A stretch of 55,053 nucleotides of DNA, the filler included, from Asterionella formosa (Eukaryota), in NCBI GenBank assembly GCA_002256025.1. It is 4 parts of 4 records of this genome, joined end to end, with 100 filler letters (N's around TTAATTAATTAA, not from the genome) between each part and the next. Parts side by side here need not be neighbours in the genome. Positions count along the whole stretch, not along the records: positions 27,608 to 41,289 come from NKIB01006494.1; positions 41,390 to 55,053 come from NKIB01006502.1; 2 more parts are not named here. The stretch is one strand, 5' to 3'. The position numbers and the translations under genes are program-made. The first letter of the stretch is position 1. The number at the start of each line of letters is the position of its first letter. The notes below the pieces were generated by a model. The model was given only the letters and a program-made list of their open reading frames with translations, had not been told where the DNA came from and made no database searches. Below are positions 36,301 through 48,233 of the stretch, piece by piece.

Positions 36301-37357
36301 TTTTCCCCATGGTACAAACACTGGTCGCAACGTTTCTAAGCGTCCAGTTGAAGAAAACTACCCAGGGATTCGTGTCTCGCAGACTACCAGCACTAGAACC
36401 CCCCATTCCTATAGTGGAACACGGGATAGGTTTGACAACAAACGTGCGAGGAACGAGGAGCAGCCCCACTATGCTGAGAGACACTACAATGAAAGGGAAG
36501 CTTTTTCTCAAACAACACGAACTGCGCAACCTCCTTCCCATTCCGACACACAAGACATGGTGGGTGACCGAGATCAGCGGGACGGGGTTAGACTTCCATA
36601 TGATGCTGCTGCGACCAGTTATTCCGACAGCCACCAACGCGACCAGACAACTGTTCATTTGCGGGAAAGCGAAAGGGAAAGGCGTGGAGGTGCATACCAC
36701 GACGAAAATCAAGGGCCTAACCACGGTCATGGTGTCGGAAGTGGCCCATACGACTACGACACAAATATCCGTCACGAAACGGGTACATCACATTTTGCAA
36801 AGTCAAGGGGAGCAAGTCATTACAGCGCCGGTCTAGAACGGTCTAGCAGTACCATCTATCTCGCCCCCCAGAATTCTTCAAGCAATAGAAACAAAAGTCA
36901 CAGCGCAGGGGAAAAACCTTTACAACATGGACGCCGTGAGACTCACAATCACATTTCATGTGATGTTGGCGGAGACAACGCACATGATAGCTATCACCAC
37001 CATTGGCGGTCTTCGGTACATTCTCACCACGGCAACTCATCTCACCACGACGAGGGAAAACTGGTCAGCAACTCAGTTCGGCAACGAAGCAATGAATACC
37101 AAGACATGAATCAGTACCCTGACATATATTATGGCGGCCAAAGTGAAGTTGAGCGGGGGGAGTCCCGTCGTAGATCTCGCAGTCGAGACCGACATTATGG
37201 CCATGATCAGACTGGGGAAAGTCGACCATTTGACAACGGCGGAAGGGGCAATCTTAAACTGGACCATACCGACGCTAGGAACGATGCTACGTCAAACAAT
37301 ATTGGTCCCAGACGACCAGAGCGGTCCGGATCTTTCTCTGAGCGCCGAAACTACTGA
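33373..37357 (+). CDS. PPR-SMR protein with long low-complexity C-terminal tail, 4 exons (~1141 aa)
   Basis: Exons 33373-33377 (ATGAG, donor GTAAGA), 33790-34431, 34508-35412 and 35484-37357, all GT-AG and phase-compatible (3426 nt in total). About 10 PPR motifs (YNAAISACEKG...), then an SMR domain LELDLHFLS...IVTGYGK, then an R/G/S/H/D-rich tail. The first exon is the least certain. Confidence 0.88.
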
Positions 37358-37509
37358 AGCCAGTGCTAGTACGGGCGCTCCTCACATAAATTACTAAAAG
37401 TATTATTATACCTAAAATATTATCATTTTCTCTCTTAAGTAGCTCATAGCGAACTCACCGCTAGAGAAGCAATCCTACAGGTGTTCAATGTTCGCTATTG
37501 CTCAAACAA

Positions 37510-37920
37510 CTAGATGTTTTCAACTTCACCTAACCCGACGCATCCCATGCGTCTGTCAGTCAAACCATCATTCAATGCGAACCTAATAGGGTCAATCGCA
37601 ACGTGTGGCATATTAATCACACGCTCATTGTTCACTTTTCTTGACGTTTCAAGCGTCGCTTTGTTTGCTTGGCGCTTTAATTGCCGATTTTCGCGGCTGA
37701 CAGTGCTTCGTCGACCACTTGGCCAACGTGTTGGAGTAACATCTGGGGAAGTATTGGGAGAATTATTCTCCAAAAGCAACTGGCGGGGGAGGGTTGGCCC
37801 TGACATCACATAGTCTCGAGGCAATGCCACGGAGTTCCTCGGTTTTCGGGAATCAAATTCACGCTTACTGTTGTATTGTACAGATTCCTTCGCAGCCTGG
37901 ATATTTCGAGTTGCTCTCAT
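37510..37920 (-). CDS. Hypothetical basic protein
   Basis: 136-aa ATG-initiated ORF with gene-like GC/CpG content, convergent on the PPR-SMR gene. No domain recognised. Confidence 0.35.
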   Translation of the reverse strand: MRATRNIQAAKESVQYNSKREFDSRKPRNSVALPRDYVMSGPTLPRQLLLENNSPNTSPDVTPTRWPSGRRSTVSRENRQLKRQANKATLETSRKVNNERVINMPHVAIDPIRFALNDGLTDRRMGCVGLGEVENI

Positions 37921-38357
37921 GATTCGGAACTTAAAAGAATGTAATTTATCTGAGAAATTATTTCACAAGGCGTGCATCGATTGGAAAAATGAACAAGCTT
38001 GTGTGCGACGTGACCAGCTGAAATCATCGATGGGATCAGTCACTCAATCGATATACATCCCCTTACAATTTCAAATCGATTCTGGCTCGATCGAAAGTCA
38101 TTATGGTTGCACATCTCTCGCCTTTCATCAATCTGATTTTTTGATGGTTGACGGCTTAAGCCCGAAGATTCAGACAAATAAAATTCACACCATCAACATT
38201 GTGCTGAGACTATAAAAAGATATTTTATGTAATACATTTGTTCATTAGGCTGCTTTCAGTCTCTGTTTGAGGCTCAATTTGAAAACTTCATTGTTACTTT
38301 CCTTCAATGTAGATACCGGGTAGATACTCGTAAAGTTGCAACACGCTCAGCGAGTAA

Positions 38358-38663
38358 CCCGGCTCGATCCACGTCCTTCAAAGAAGCCCTCTGTAGAAGC
38401 AATATGCAATGCAGGCTACGGGTACGTCGAATAGATTACCGGTAGTAAATTTAGCCAAGTACTGGTATAATGCTAAATAGAGATACATGTGCATCGTTTA
38501 GGGATATTGATTGTTGTTGGCCAGCGTTCTGACCTGTATTCACGTGTGTAATATTGTCTAGTACTAACAAAGAGATAAAGCTAAACAGACGACGAATAAT
38601 ATAGCTGGCATTTTGTGCACGCCCGGATTTATGACGAGCTGGTCATACACGTCGACAGTCTTA
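38358..38663 (+). repeat. Dispersed repeat family D, copy 1
   Basis: CCCGGCTCGATCC, CCCTCTGTAGAAGCAATAT, TGTGCATCGTTT, GTTGGCCAGCGT and TTTTGTGCACGCCCGGATTTATGAC recur collinearly in reverse complement at 49844-50199. Confidence 0.85.
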
Positions 38664-39751
38664 TCAGCCTGCCTTTTGAGGTTACGAAACAGGCAATCGG
38701 CGATGTATTGTCGCCGTTCTCGTGTTAAATACTTCTACATATGCCTTTTGTCTGACAAATGATCAACGATAAGGGAGGGGGTTGCAGAGCAAACATTCCA
38801 ATCGGGGCGCGATTCTACGAAAAACGTGCTAAAATAAATAAATCGAGGTCAGGTTCACCAAATTCTAAGACTACTTAGAATATGAATATATATTATATAC
38901 ACCATTTGGTTCGGAATAATTTTTAAATAGAAAAGGCAGTTAGCCAGATAATTATTGGAGGTTGCGCTTCATGTGAGACAGTGACCTAAAGTTTGGTTGC
39001 AACAATACTGGAAAAGAGGAGTAAATTATTGGATAGCACTTTTTCTCGCTACAGATTAAAAGGGCTATACATGTGAAAGACAAAAAAATTGGAATTTGAA
39101 CTTACTAATTTTTGGTCGTGTGTCAGTCACAACATGAAAAATGCCGCAGACACAGATCAGTCTGGACTGGCTGGAAGGGCTCAATACTGCTTCAATGGAA
39201 TGAAGTACATCACATCGAAGCATACCCATAAAGCATACACAACATATCCAAGTCATCATTTTCAAGTCTACGCATGCACTTTGGAGGCGGGAACTGTCAG
39301 CATCCACTACCCTTTTCCCGTAATTTTGTGTGCCTTTGGCCAGCCCAAAAACTGTATGCTCAGCAGTTTTGGTCAATCTTGACAATCTTCTTGGCAATTC
39401 TTCTTCTTCCTTTTTGTAATAAGGACTACATACTACCAATGCCTCCAAAACGAGAATGCGAAAGCCGATCATACCATCAACCTCCCTCCTTACAAAAGTG
39501 TTTATATGCAAGCATGTCATCTTCTGCTGTGACTGCCTGAAAGGAGCAATAATAACACTCTATTTAGCCACTATTTTGTCGCCCGTATCCCTTCAAAACT
39601 GATTTGGGAAGGCCGCTTTGCGACATGGACATTCAACAGCACCTCGAAATTTGTAGTGGCTGTAGAAAACCACCACTGTACATGTTATTTGTTTTTGTTA
39701 TTCATGATCTGCGCACACTTCCCCTCCACTATGCTCATTACACCATTTTTC

Positions 39752-40133
39752 NNNNNNNNNNNNNNNNNNNNNNNNNNNNNNNNNNNNNNNNNNNNNNNNN
39801 NNNNNNNNNNNNNNNNNNNNNNNNNNNNNNNNNNNNNNNNNNNNNNNNNNNNNNNNNNNNNNNNNNNNNNNNNNNNNNNNNNNNNNNNNNNNNNNNNNNN
39901 NNNNNNNNNNNNNNNNNNNNNNNNNNNNNNNNNNNNNNNNNNNNNNNNNNNNNNNNNNNNNNNNNNNNNNNNNNNNNNNNNNNNNNNNNNNNNNNNNNNN
40001 NNNNNNNNNNNNNNNNNNNNNNNNNNNNNNNNNNNNNNNNNNNNNNNNNNNNNNNNNNNNNNNNNNNNNNNNNNNNNNNNNNNNNNNNNNNNNNNNNNNN
40101 NNNNNNNNNNNNNNNNNNNNNNNNNNNNNNNNN
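39752..40133. other. Assembly gap
   Basis: Run of N. Confidence 0.99.
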
Positions 40134-41289
40134 TCAGATGCTGGAGCAGTGTCAACACCAATATCAACAAATCCAGGTGGAATGGCAACATCGTCAGTGT
40201 CATGAACTGCTCCAGTACACTTGTCAAGTTTGAGAAGCTCTGAAAGCATCACTTCAATCTCTGTTGCCTCCTCAAGTACATAATTGCCTTCATCCTAGTT
40301 AAAGGTGTTTGGATCAACATCAGAAATGATTTAGAAAGTTTTTACAAGGGCATACAGCTCAGTTGTATCAGCATCATCTAAAGTCCCGGGAGCAGTGACC
40401 GCAATTGCCATCACCTGCTCCTTACCTCTGATTTTTTTGGGTCCCTCTGTAGAACTGTCATTATTTCAAGTCAATGACCTTTTGTGATTTTTACATGATG
40501 ATTTCGGACCCACAGTGATTGGTGAATGTACTTGGAAAGGCATGAAACGATGGCACCTTTGCCCATTATCAATTTTCGTTTTTTCGCCATCTTGCACAGA
40601 TATTTTTGAAAGTTTTTGGCAGGCAGGCAGACTTGTTCTCATGTATCTAAAAAAATTTTAAACTATAAGATTATTGCCATGCATACCTCCCAAATCCTAC
40701 AGTTCTGTTTATTTAGATTAACTTTTCAGAAATGAAATATCCATTGAATTGATTGAGCTAGGGGCAAGGGATTGCAACCCAGACTCAATCCAGTCTATAA
40801 GACTGAAATCAGCCTATCCGGAAAGAATCCGATATCATTATTATAAAATGTAATTTAGAAATTCCAATGTGTGTACACCCATCAGTGCGTGTATCGGTAT
40901 GTATGAATAATGTGACGGCTAGTCTTGCATCATGTGCATTCTTGTGCACTGCTCTCACTTTGAAAATTTTGACGATGAAGAAGAATGTAATCTTCACCAC
41001 AGGCAGGCAGGTCATCACGAAGACGATGTATTTCACATATGATTCGAGCCACCCACCGTTTTATATGGTAAATTATCAAGCCCCTGGGATGTAACCGGTA
41101 ATGTCTAGATTTAGCAGTGGCACCTGCTTTTGGAATGCGCATTTATTGCTCCTTATACGCACATAGCAATAACTTCTATTAACAAACTTTGTTTTTATAA
41201 ATTTTCCATATTCTTGTTAGTACAAGCATCTTTAAGGTTGTGGCCACCTCACGAGGTCTGTAATTTGCCAAAATATTAATATGATGTAC

Positions 41290-41389
41290 NNNNNNNNNNN
41301 NNNNNNNNNNNNNNNNNNNNNNNNNNNNNNNNNTTAATTAATTAANNNNNNNNNNNNNNNNNNNNNNNNNNNNNNNNNNNNNNNNNNNN
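41290..41389. other. Artificial contig spacer
   Basis: 100 nt with TTAATTAATTAA at 41334-41345. Confidence 0.97.
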
Positions 41390-41754
41390 TTATCTAGGTG
41401 CAGATGGGTTAGGTGTGTATTATATATCTGGCTGGATACCCATACTTTTCTACACATTTGCGAGACTAAACAATACTGGTTGCTTCGTCTCATATCCTAC
41501 AGTCGTAACTGTACCAGGTACCTGGTACCAGGTACTCCGAGTACCTGGTATTTCATTTTACATGGTGCGTGTATATGATGCTGTGTATCATAGGATGCAT
41601 ATTGCCATAGCACCACACCAGTGGAATATTCTCACCAGCATACGGTACTACCCGGTAGATACTAAGATTATAAAATGAATACATATATGATGGCTCGACA
41701 GCTGCCTATAACGGACTGACGTACGGACATTCTACAGCAAGTGTAGACATTTAC

Positions 41755-41902
41755 TGCCGCGAGACAATCACCTTTCGCGAAAGGTTGTTAGAGACTCACC
41801 TACGCTAACAAAACTAGGGAGGCACAGGTCTTATTGGCAGGTAGCACAATGAAATATTTGCCTAGAAATAGGGGAGTACGAATGGGCTATAAAACATGCT
41901 AA
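41755..41902 (+). mobile_element. 5'-truncated copy of tRNA-headed SINE-like element
   Basis: CACCTTTCGCGAAAGGT...ACTCACCTAC..TAACAAAACTAGGGA..CACAGGTCTT...GCAGGTAGCACAATGA...GGGCTATAAAACAT matches the 3' ~150 bp of the two full copies. Confidence 0.85.
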
Positions 41903-43929
41903 GCAACTTTTACATTTAAGCTATCCAATAATCGCATTTTCATTCCAGTCCCGCCCTTTTACACTAAAGTCTCGCTTTCACTTTGATTTCCTTGTTACAA
42001 GTTCTATAAATCACTGCCTATGAGATGTAGATGCACAATAATAATAGAAAAGGGCCTGCTATGACATCATAAAACCAACATGTGCGTGTGGCCACAAGAA
42101 TAATAGCTTCGACCACATCAATGCCACCTACAAAAGGTATCATTATGTAATCCTTGTGATCTGTTTTTTTAGTAAGATATAGTAGTTGCTGTTGGCTGGT
42201 TGGCAGCTTCCAAGAGTGCCATAATCATGAGGGCAAAATCAAATGATCGATGTGACAGTACTGCTGCCGAAAACTGATTATGTTCTAACGGACTCTTTCT
42301 GTCACCTTCCAATGGTCGTATCAGCTCCTCGTGATTGCAATGTACTGGTGGTGTTGTTCTGGTTGGATTCTTGTTTATCTTCTGTCAGGACTACAATATC
42401 AGTGGCATCCATCAAATCTGGATGTTCCGACATCCAGAACCCAAAATACTGAATAAGGAACATAACGAAATTGCAGGATAAAGGTGCATGAAATGAATCC
42501 TGAAGAAAGAAGTATTTAATGACAGCATCAATTAGGAAAAAGTCTAATCCATTTCTCCCCCAAAACATGTATAAACAGTGTTCAATTTTGTACCATCGTA
42601 GCATTCACGTTGACAGTACATGCATTATGTGACCACTGCTAATAGCATAAGGCAAACTTGTTTAAACCTGTTAAACTTAAAATACTGGGACACCGGTAGG
42701 CGTGATGCTGCCAACACGTGCCATATTTTAAGTTATGTTATGCATTATGAACTGAGGCTGAGCAGGGCTCTTGTTCAAAAGTATGACGGTATGCTGGTAT
42801 GTACTATGCCTGTTGAGATATATTTATGAAATTTGAGCGCGTTGTAGGAGCATACCGATATCTACTGGGCACTTGTACAACAACAAAATATATAAGTATT
42901 CAGGTAATGAGAAGTATATGTATTTGTAATTCAAAAATTGACTGATGGTGGGTTGGGAAGCACACGAAAGCAATCAAACACCGCCCACATATTCCAGCAA
43001 TGATACTACCATTCAAATTTATAATTGCTTTGCTCAAATATCGGCGCATGAACACAGTTGAGGTACCATTAGAATTGCAGCAACCTGTTTGTTCAACGCG
43101 AATTGTAACAATTACATTAGCTCTATTTTATAAAAAGAAATATAGAACCAATTTCAGTTATACATGCTGGTGTCCTTGCTATTGCCGCTGTGTATGCTGT
43201 ATGTATATTGTATATATTGTTTGCTCGTTTGTGATAAATACATACACTTCCTGTTTATCTTTGTCTTGATATTGAGTCACTGTGCCAATTGACGATCAAT
43301 TTGTTCTCATGAAATCTAAACAGAAATAGACATTACAAACTTACATAGAAAATTGATATAAATATTGATTGATTTGCTAAATATTTGCTCAGAAAAAGCA
43401 ATCACGCATTCCCTGGACTAACTTGTTATGCATTTTCAGACATTTTTGAGCAAAAAGTGTAGGGGACCTGCAACTGCATTGCAACAGCTACAACAAGGAG
43501 ATGAAGAGAGGAGACAGCATGATTCCAATCAAGGACAAGAGGACGACGTAGTAGTACCTGCACATTCAAATATCATGCTGCTGGATAGCATTTACCACCA
43601 GAGATTGAAGAAGAAGGCAGAAGTATTAGGGAATGCGATGCACAAAAAGCGAAGAAAGACGAAGCAAATAAAATGAAGTCAATACAGCGCATGCATTTCA
43701 CAAATATCAATGGTAACACAAGAACATCAACAATGAGCTGACACCAGTCTTAGCATGAAGTCTTTCTATTATATCTATATAAACATGAGGACCAGCTTCT
43801 AGCTAGCACCGGAGTTGCTAGGAGCGCAAATCAGATATATCACTGATGATATTGATTAAAAACCCGTTCAAGAAAGCTCGATCAGTGATATGCAGTTTTC
43901 TTGAAAGGAAGTCTCTACAGGATTACATC

Positions 43930-44740
43930 CAATTAAATTTGAGGACTTGAAGCCTACAGACTTTGCAAAGTCTCTTGGGACCCTCAGTAATCCAGTAAAA
44001 GGCTGTCTGCTTGTCAGAAGATGCATATAAACAAGAAAACATCACTTTACAACCTGTTCAAGAAGTATAAGATGAACGCTACAGACGACTTTGATGATGA
44101 GCTGAAAAAACTCATTGCTGGCGTCAAAAGAATTGCAAGTAGGGCATTGACAATTGACCTGTACCGAAAAATAAACATATGGTTGATTGAAGATGGCTCT
44201 CCATCAGCTGCTTTTGCACGTGGATTTTGATGTCTAACTTGGAATTAGATGTGCCGTGCTGATAGTACTGATGGTGTCTGTATCATGCATTTGGTTTGGA
44301 GTCAAGATGCTGTGGAGATTCGATTTTCTCACACAAAAATGATCGAGATGGCTCTAAGAATTTCAAGCCCCAACACTGCTGCTACAAAAGCCCTGAAGAT
44401 TTTGCATTGTGTCCAATAACTGCATTGTTTGATTACATGCCATTCTTCCCGAAAATTCTACAAGATACAGGATACAGGGTATTTTGTTTCCTGGTGAGGC
44501 AGAGCAGGCAGGGAGATTGATTCAGAAGAATTATAAAGAGATAGCTAAATGAACATGAAGGCGATCGAGATGGATAGTTTGAGGTGGAAGGTATTGGTTC
44601 TCATGCAACAACATATGCACCAAGTGGCTCTATAGCAAGTCCATCAATTGTAGCAATCAACAATCGAGTTGGTTGGGCATTAGGCATTGTGCAAGATGTC
44701 TATATGCTTTATGAAAGGCAGGTGACCACTATGTTGGTTA
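43930..44740 (+). mobile_element. Degenerate Crypton (CryptonS-like) tyrosine recombinase
   Basis: Across stops and frameshifts: LTWN*MCRADS, HLVWSQDAVEIRFSH, KNDRDG, CPITALFDY, GIGSH(deleted)ATTYAPSG...PSIVAINNRVGWALGIVQDVYMLYE-AGDHYVG. This is the motif order I recall for stramenopile Crypton recombinases. Confidence 0.75.
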
Positions 44741-45036
44741 CATAATGGTGGTGTTGTGGTACAAACGAATTGGCGATGCACCATGTATTACCTGCAACAA
44801 AACAACAACTACTGCCCGCCGGGTATGTTGATGCAATGAGACGTGGCGCTGCACCAGTCCCAGTTGCCGGAGCCATGCTGCCACCATCAGCCTCAGCTGA
44901 AGAGGATGACGAGGATGAAGTTGCGGGTATGGAAGAGTGATATATGTGTTTGCACAATAAATCGATGACAGTTGACACAAAAAATTGGAGAAAATATGGA
45001 AAACGAGGTATTATTTTCTAACCGTTCACCATTAAA

Positions 45037-45405
45037 AGTTAGTATGTTTTATAGCCCAATCATACTCCCCTCTTTCAAGGCAAGTATATCATTGTGCTAC
45101 CTGCTGACAAGACCTGTGATTCCCTAGTTTTGTTAGTGTAGGTGAGTCCCCAACCACCTTTCGCGAAAGGTGATCATCTTCGCCGCAGCATTAGGGGAAA
45201 CTCCGACCGTCTAGGAAGGCGGCACAAGCTGCTTGTAGGGGGGCAAACCACTATTTATTGCACACCAGGCAAGAACGTGCGGGATGGTAAGGAGTGTGGG
45301 AGTCAAACTCAACAATTGCTTCTCAAAACGTTTGCGGGAATCGAACCCCACAACCTCAGATCAAAGGCAACTTGCTTGACCACTAAACCATTCCCTACCG
45401 GTTAT
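45037..45405 (-). mobile_element. Full-length tRNA-derived SINE-like element (~370 bp) with 7-bp flanking direct repeat
   Basis: The minus strand starts with A box TGGTTTAGTGG and B box/T-arm GTGGGGTTCGATTCCCGC, has a second B-box-like GAGTTTGACTCCC, and ends CATACTAACT. It is flanked by CATTAAA at 45030-45036 and 45406-45412. Confidence 0.8.
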
Positions 45406-47863
45406 CATTAAATAAAATATCTACATGATGAAAAATATACGAATGGCTAAAGACCAATAAAGTGCAAAATGAACGACTTAAAAAGTTCGATATCGTAAGA
45501 TATATCCTTCCAATAGTTAAAATGATACTTGCATGCATAAGTCGAACTCTATTCGAAGGGTTTTAATTGGGGTTGGCTGAATATTTTTCTAATTTTAGTC
45601 CAAAAAGGGATAATAAAGTGAGTGGTCTTAAGCAGTTTTGACTGGTACCAGGAACAAACTGGTTACAAAGGTGTTCTTTGCCCCTGTCAACCACTACAAG
45701 AAGGCAAAATCAAGCAGAATAAACCTAGCAGCACGGCAAATCCTCCTTCTCATTACATGCACAAAGAATTTTTGATACAAGGTGAAACTACGTAACTATG
45801 TCAGTGCATACTTCTACACCAAAGAAGCCACGCTAATTTACTAGCTACTGGTATAACAACTGGTGAACTACAACGAGATTCTACACTGAATATTTCAATT
45901 GCAATCTACTTACTTACTACCTCTTCACACAGTCACACCCTCAAGATTGCAATCCTCCTCCTAATGTTCCTGACAATATGGATCCCTGGCTGGTCAAGAA
46001 TATTACTTAAATCTATTTTGCTCCATTCAACGACATCATCCCTCACTGCCTCATTTGGATTAAACCTATCTCCTGTGTATCTTCCTGGGCAAACCCATAG
46101 TGATCTTTCACCAACCATCTGAAACTTGATATACCTCCTACTTCAGCTACAATGTAAATCACACCAGTGCCACTTACCCATTCTCCTATCGGTCTTGTTT
46201 CTGCACTTTCTGGATATCATTGACATCATCAGCACCACTCCCTTCAGAAACGTTTCATGTCTCCTTCTCCTATTGGTCATGTTAGACATTAACATTGTCC
46301 CCATCGACAAACCATTCAGGAACTTTTCATGTCTCCTTCCTGGTACCTGGTACTGGCTGTTCGGCGCAGGCGTAGTACATCATACCACCAAGGGATTAAC
46401 AGGAGTATACCAGGTAACCTGGTAAGGAGTACCACCTAAAAACTGAGAGTCGTCCTTATATCTTTCTTTACTGAGAGGCATCCTTAAACTGGGTAATCAC
46501 ACGTTTCGGGACGAATATCAGAGATACGTTGTCGTTTCTTGGTGGCATGTATGCAAGAGCAATGTTTATACTTGTGAGTTGAGCTTTCGTGGCCGTGCTT
46601 GAGATTAATAGGTCGAAAGGTAGCTGTCGCAAAATTTTTGGTTATATCAGATTACCCTATTGAGTCGGCAATGCATTTTTGACACTTTCAAATATCAGCT
46701 AATTAAATTATTTAGTGATTCTTTGTTAATTATATAATGTCTTTGTTTCTATATTTATTGACTTCGATTGATCATCAATGTCACATGGAGTGCTGTTGCT
46801 CCGTCCTCTTCACCACGCATTGATACAAGACAGCGATCATACCACCTACTATAAATCACAGTGGTGCTGCCTGATGATGAACAAACAGAAAGCGGTCGTG
46901 CCTTTGGTGAGCACACGAAGAATGCACCGAGTAGATGAAAATGTACGCACTGATGGCAGAATCTTTCCGGTGTATAATTATCATCCGACTGAAAAATTTT
47001 ATATGCTTTGCCTGCATTATCATCACAACCATTGAAAGAAATGAAAATTGTTTATTTTATTATTAGTCTTTTGAGTAGAATAGATTAATCGCTAGTATAT
47101 TATGAAATGAATTTCATTCTAGCTGCTTGTGTACTCGTTTAGATATAGTCAAATATGTAAAATCGGAAAAATCACAATGACGCTCGACACTATCGATGAT
47201 TTCTCGATCCCCCCTCTTTGTTGCATCAAGATGCAAAGCTACCGAGCAGATGCCGTTCTACGACATAACATAATCTACACAAGATAAAATTAAAAACCAA
47301 TTATTGATTCATAATTCAATATTCAAACAAAGCTGTCTTTCATCATTGCTTGTTATGGCTTTGTCGATCAGCAACACTGTCATGACATTTACCCGGTACC
47401 TGGTACACAGCTTCATCACCAGCATTCATTGTATGGCCTAAATATTTATGTATGAGGATTGTCAAACAACAAGTGGTAGGCTGTCACGCAATAGATGTAA
47501 TTAACTATTGCTTAAACCATCACTAAAATAAATAACTGAAGTTGCATTTGACCCGAAACCAACTAATTAAAGCGGAGTATCGTCGAAGCCAACTATTATT
47601 ATGGCAATAAAATATCGAAAGGGACAATAAATAAATGGTGTAGTAATCTGTAACGGGCTAATAATTTTGTGGCATGAACAAGTTCTCTCGCAACAATAGG
47701 ATAATCAGAAAAAATGGAAGATTAAAATTTCCTCATGTATGTATTAAAAACCAAGATACAAGAGTCATCCTGCCTTATGAGCCTTATGAGGCCAAACGAT
47801 GACATCCGAAACTTTTATTTCTCAAGAAATATTGATATCACCCTAAATATAATTAGATCTAGT

Positions 47864-48233
47864 GGTAAGGTAATGGCTCAGTGGTTTACTTAGCAAGCTG
47901 CCTTTGATCTGAGGTTGTGAGGTTCGATTCTCGCAAACTTTTTGAGAATCAAATGCTGGGTTTGACTCCCACACTCCTTACTATCCCATACGGTCTTGCC
48001 TGGTGTGCAAGAAATAGTGGTTTGCCCCCCTACAAGCAGCTTGTGCCACCTTCCTAGGCTATCGGAGTTTCCCTAATGCTGCGGCTACGACAATAACCTT
48101 TCACAAAAGGTGGTTAGGAACTCACCTACGCTTACAAAACTAGGGAAGCACAGGTCTTGTCAGCAGGTAGCACAATGAAATACTTGCCTTTAAAGAGAAG
48201 GGAGTACAAATGGACTATAAAACATACTAACTA
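47864..48233 (+). mobile_element. Full-length tRNA-derived SINE-like element, second copy
   Basis: A box TGGCTCAGTGG (47874-47884), B box GGTTCGATTC (47921-47930). The body is collinear with the 45037-45405 copy and ends CATACTAACTA. Confidence 0.82.

Noticed and set aside
35810..37267. Antisense and alternate-frame ORFs over the PPR-SMR tail (likewise over the PPR, NMT and GT92 genes)
   Set aside because: Shadow ORFs of real coding sequence with no independent support.
39065..39520. 151-aa minus-strand ORF as a gene
   Set aside because: No recognisable domain in decayed, CpG-poor context. An alternative frame (AYSFWAGQRHTKL...FPPPKC) hints at a TE-associated remnant but is too weak to call.
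47864..47940. Functional tRNA gene (also 45325-45399 minus)
   Set aside because: D- and T-arm-like parts are present, but the acceptor and anticodon stems do not pair and the sequence continues into a shared 300-bp repeat body.
48020..48090. Twister or hammerhead ribozyme in the SINE body
   Set aside because: TACAAGC and CTAATGCTGC loosely echo twister motifs, but I could not build the required pairings and there is no CTGATGA...GAAA hammerhead core. An Infernal search is needed.
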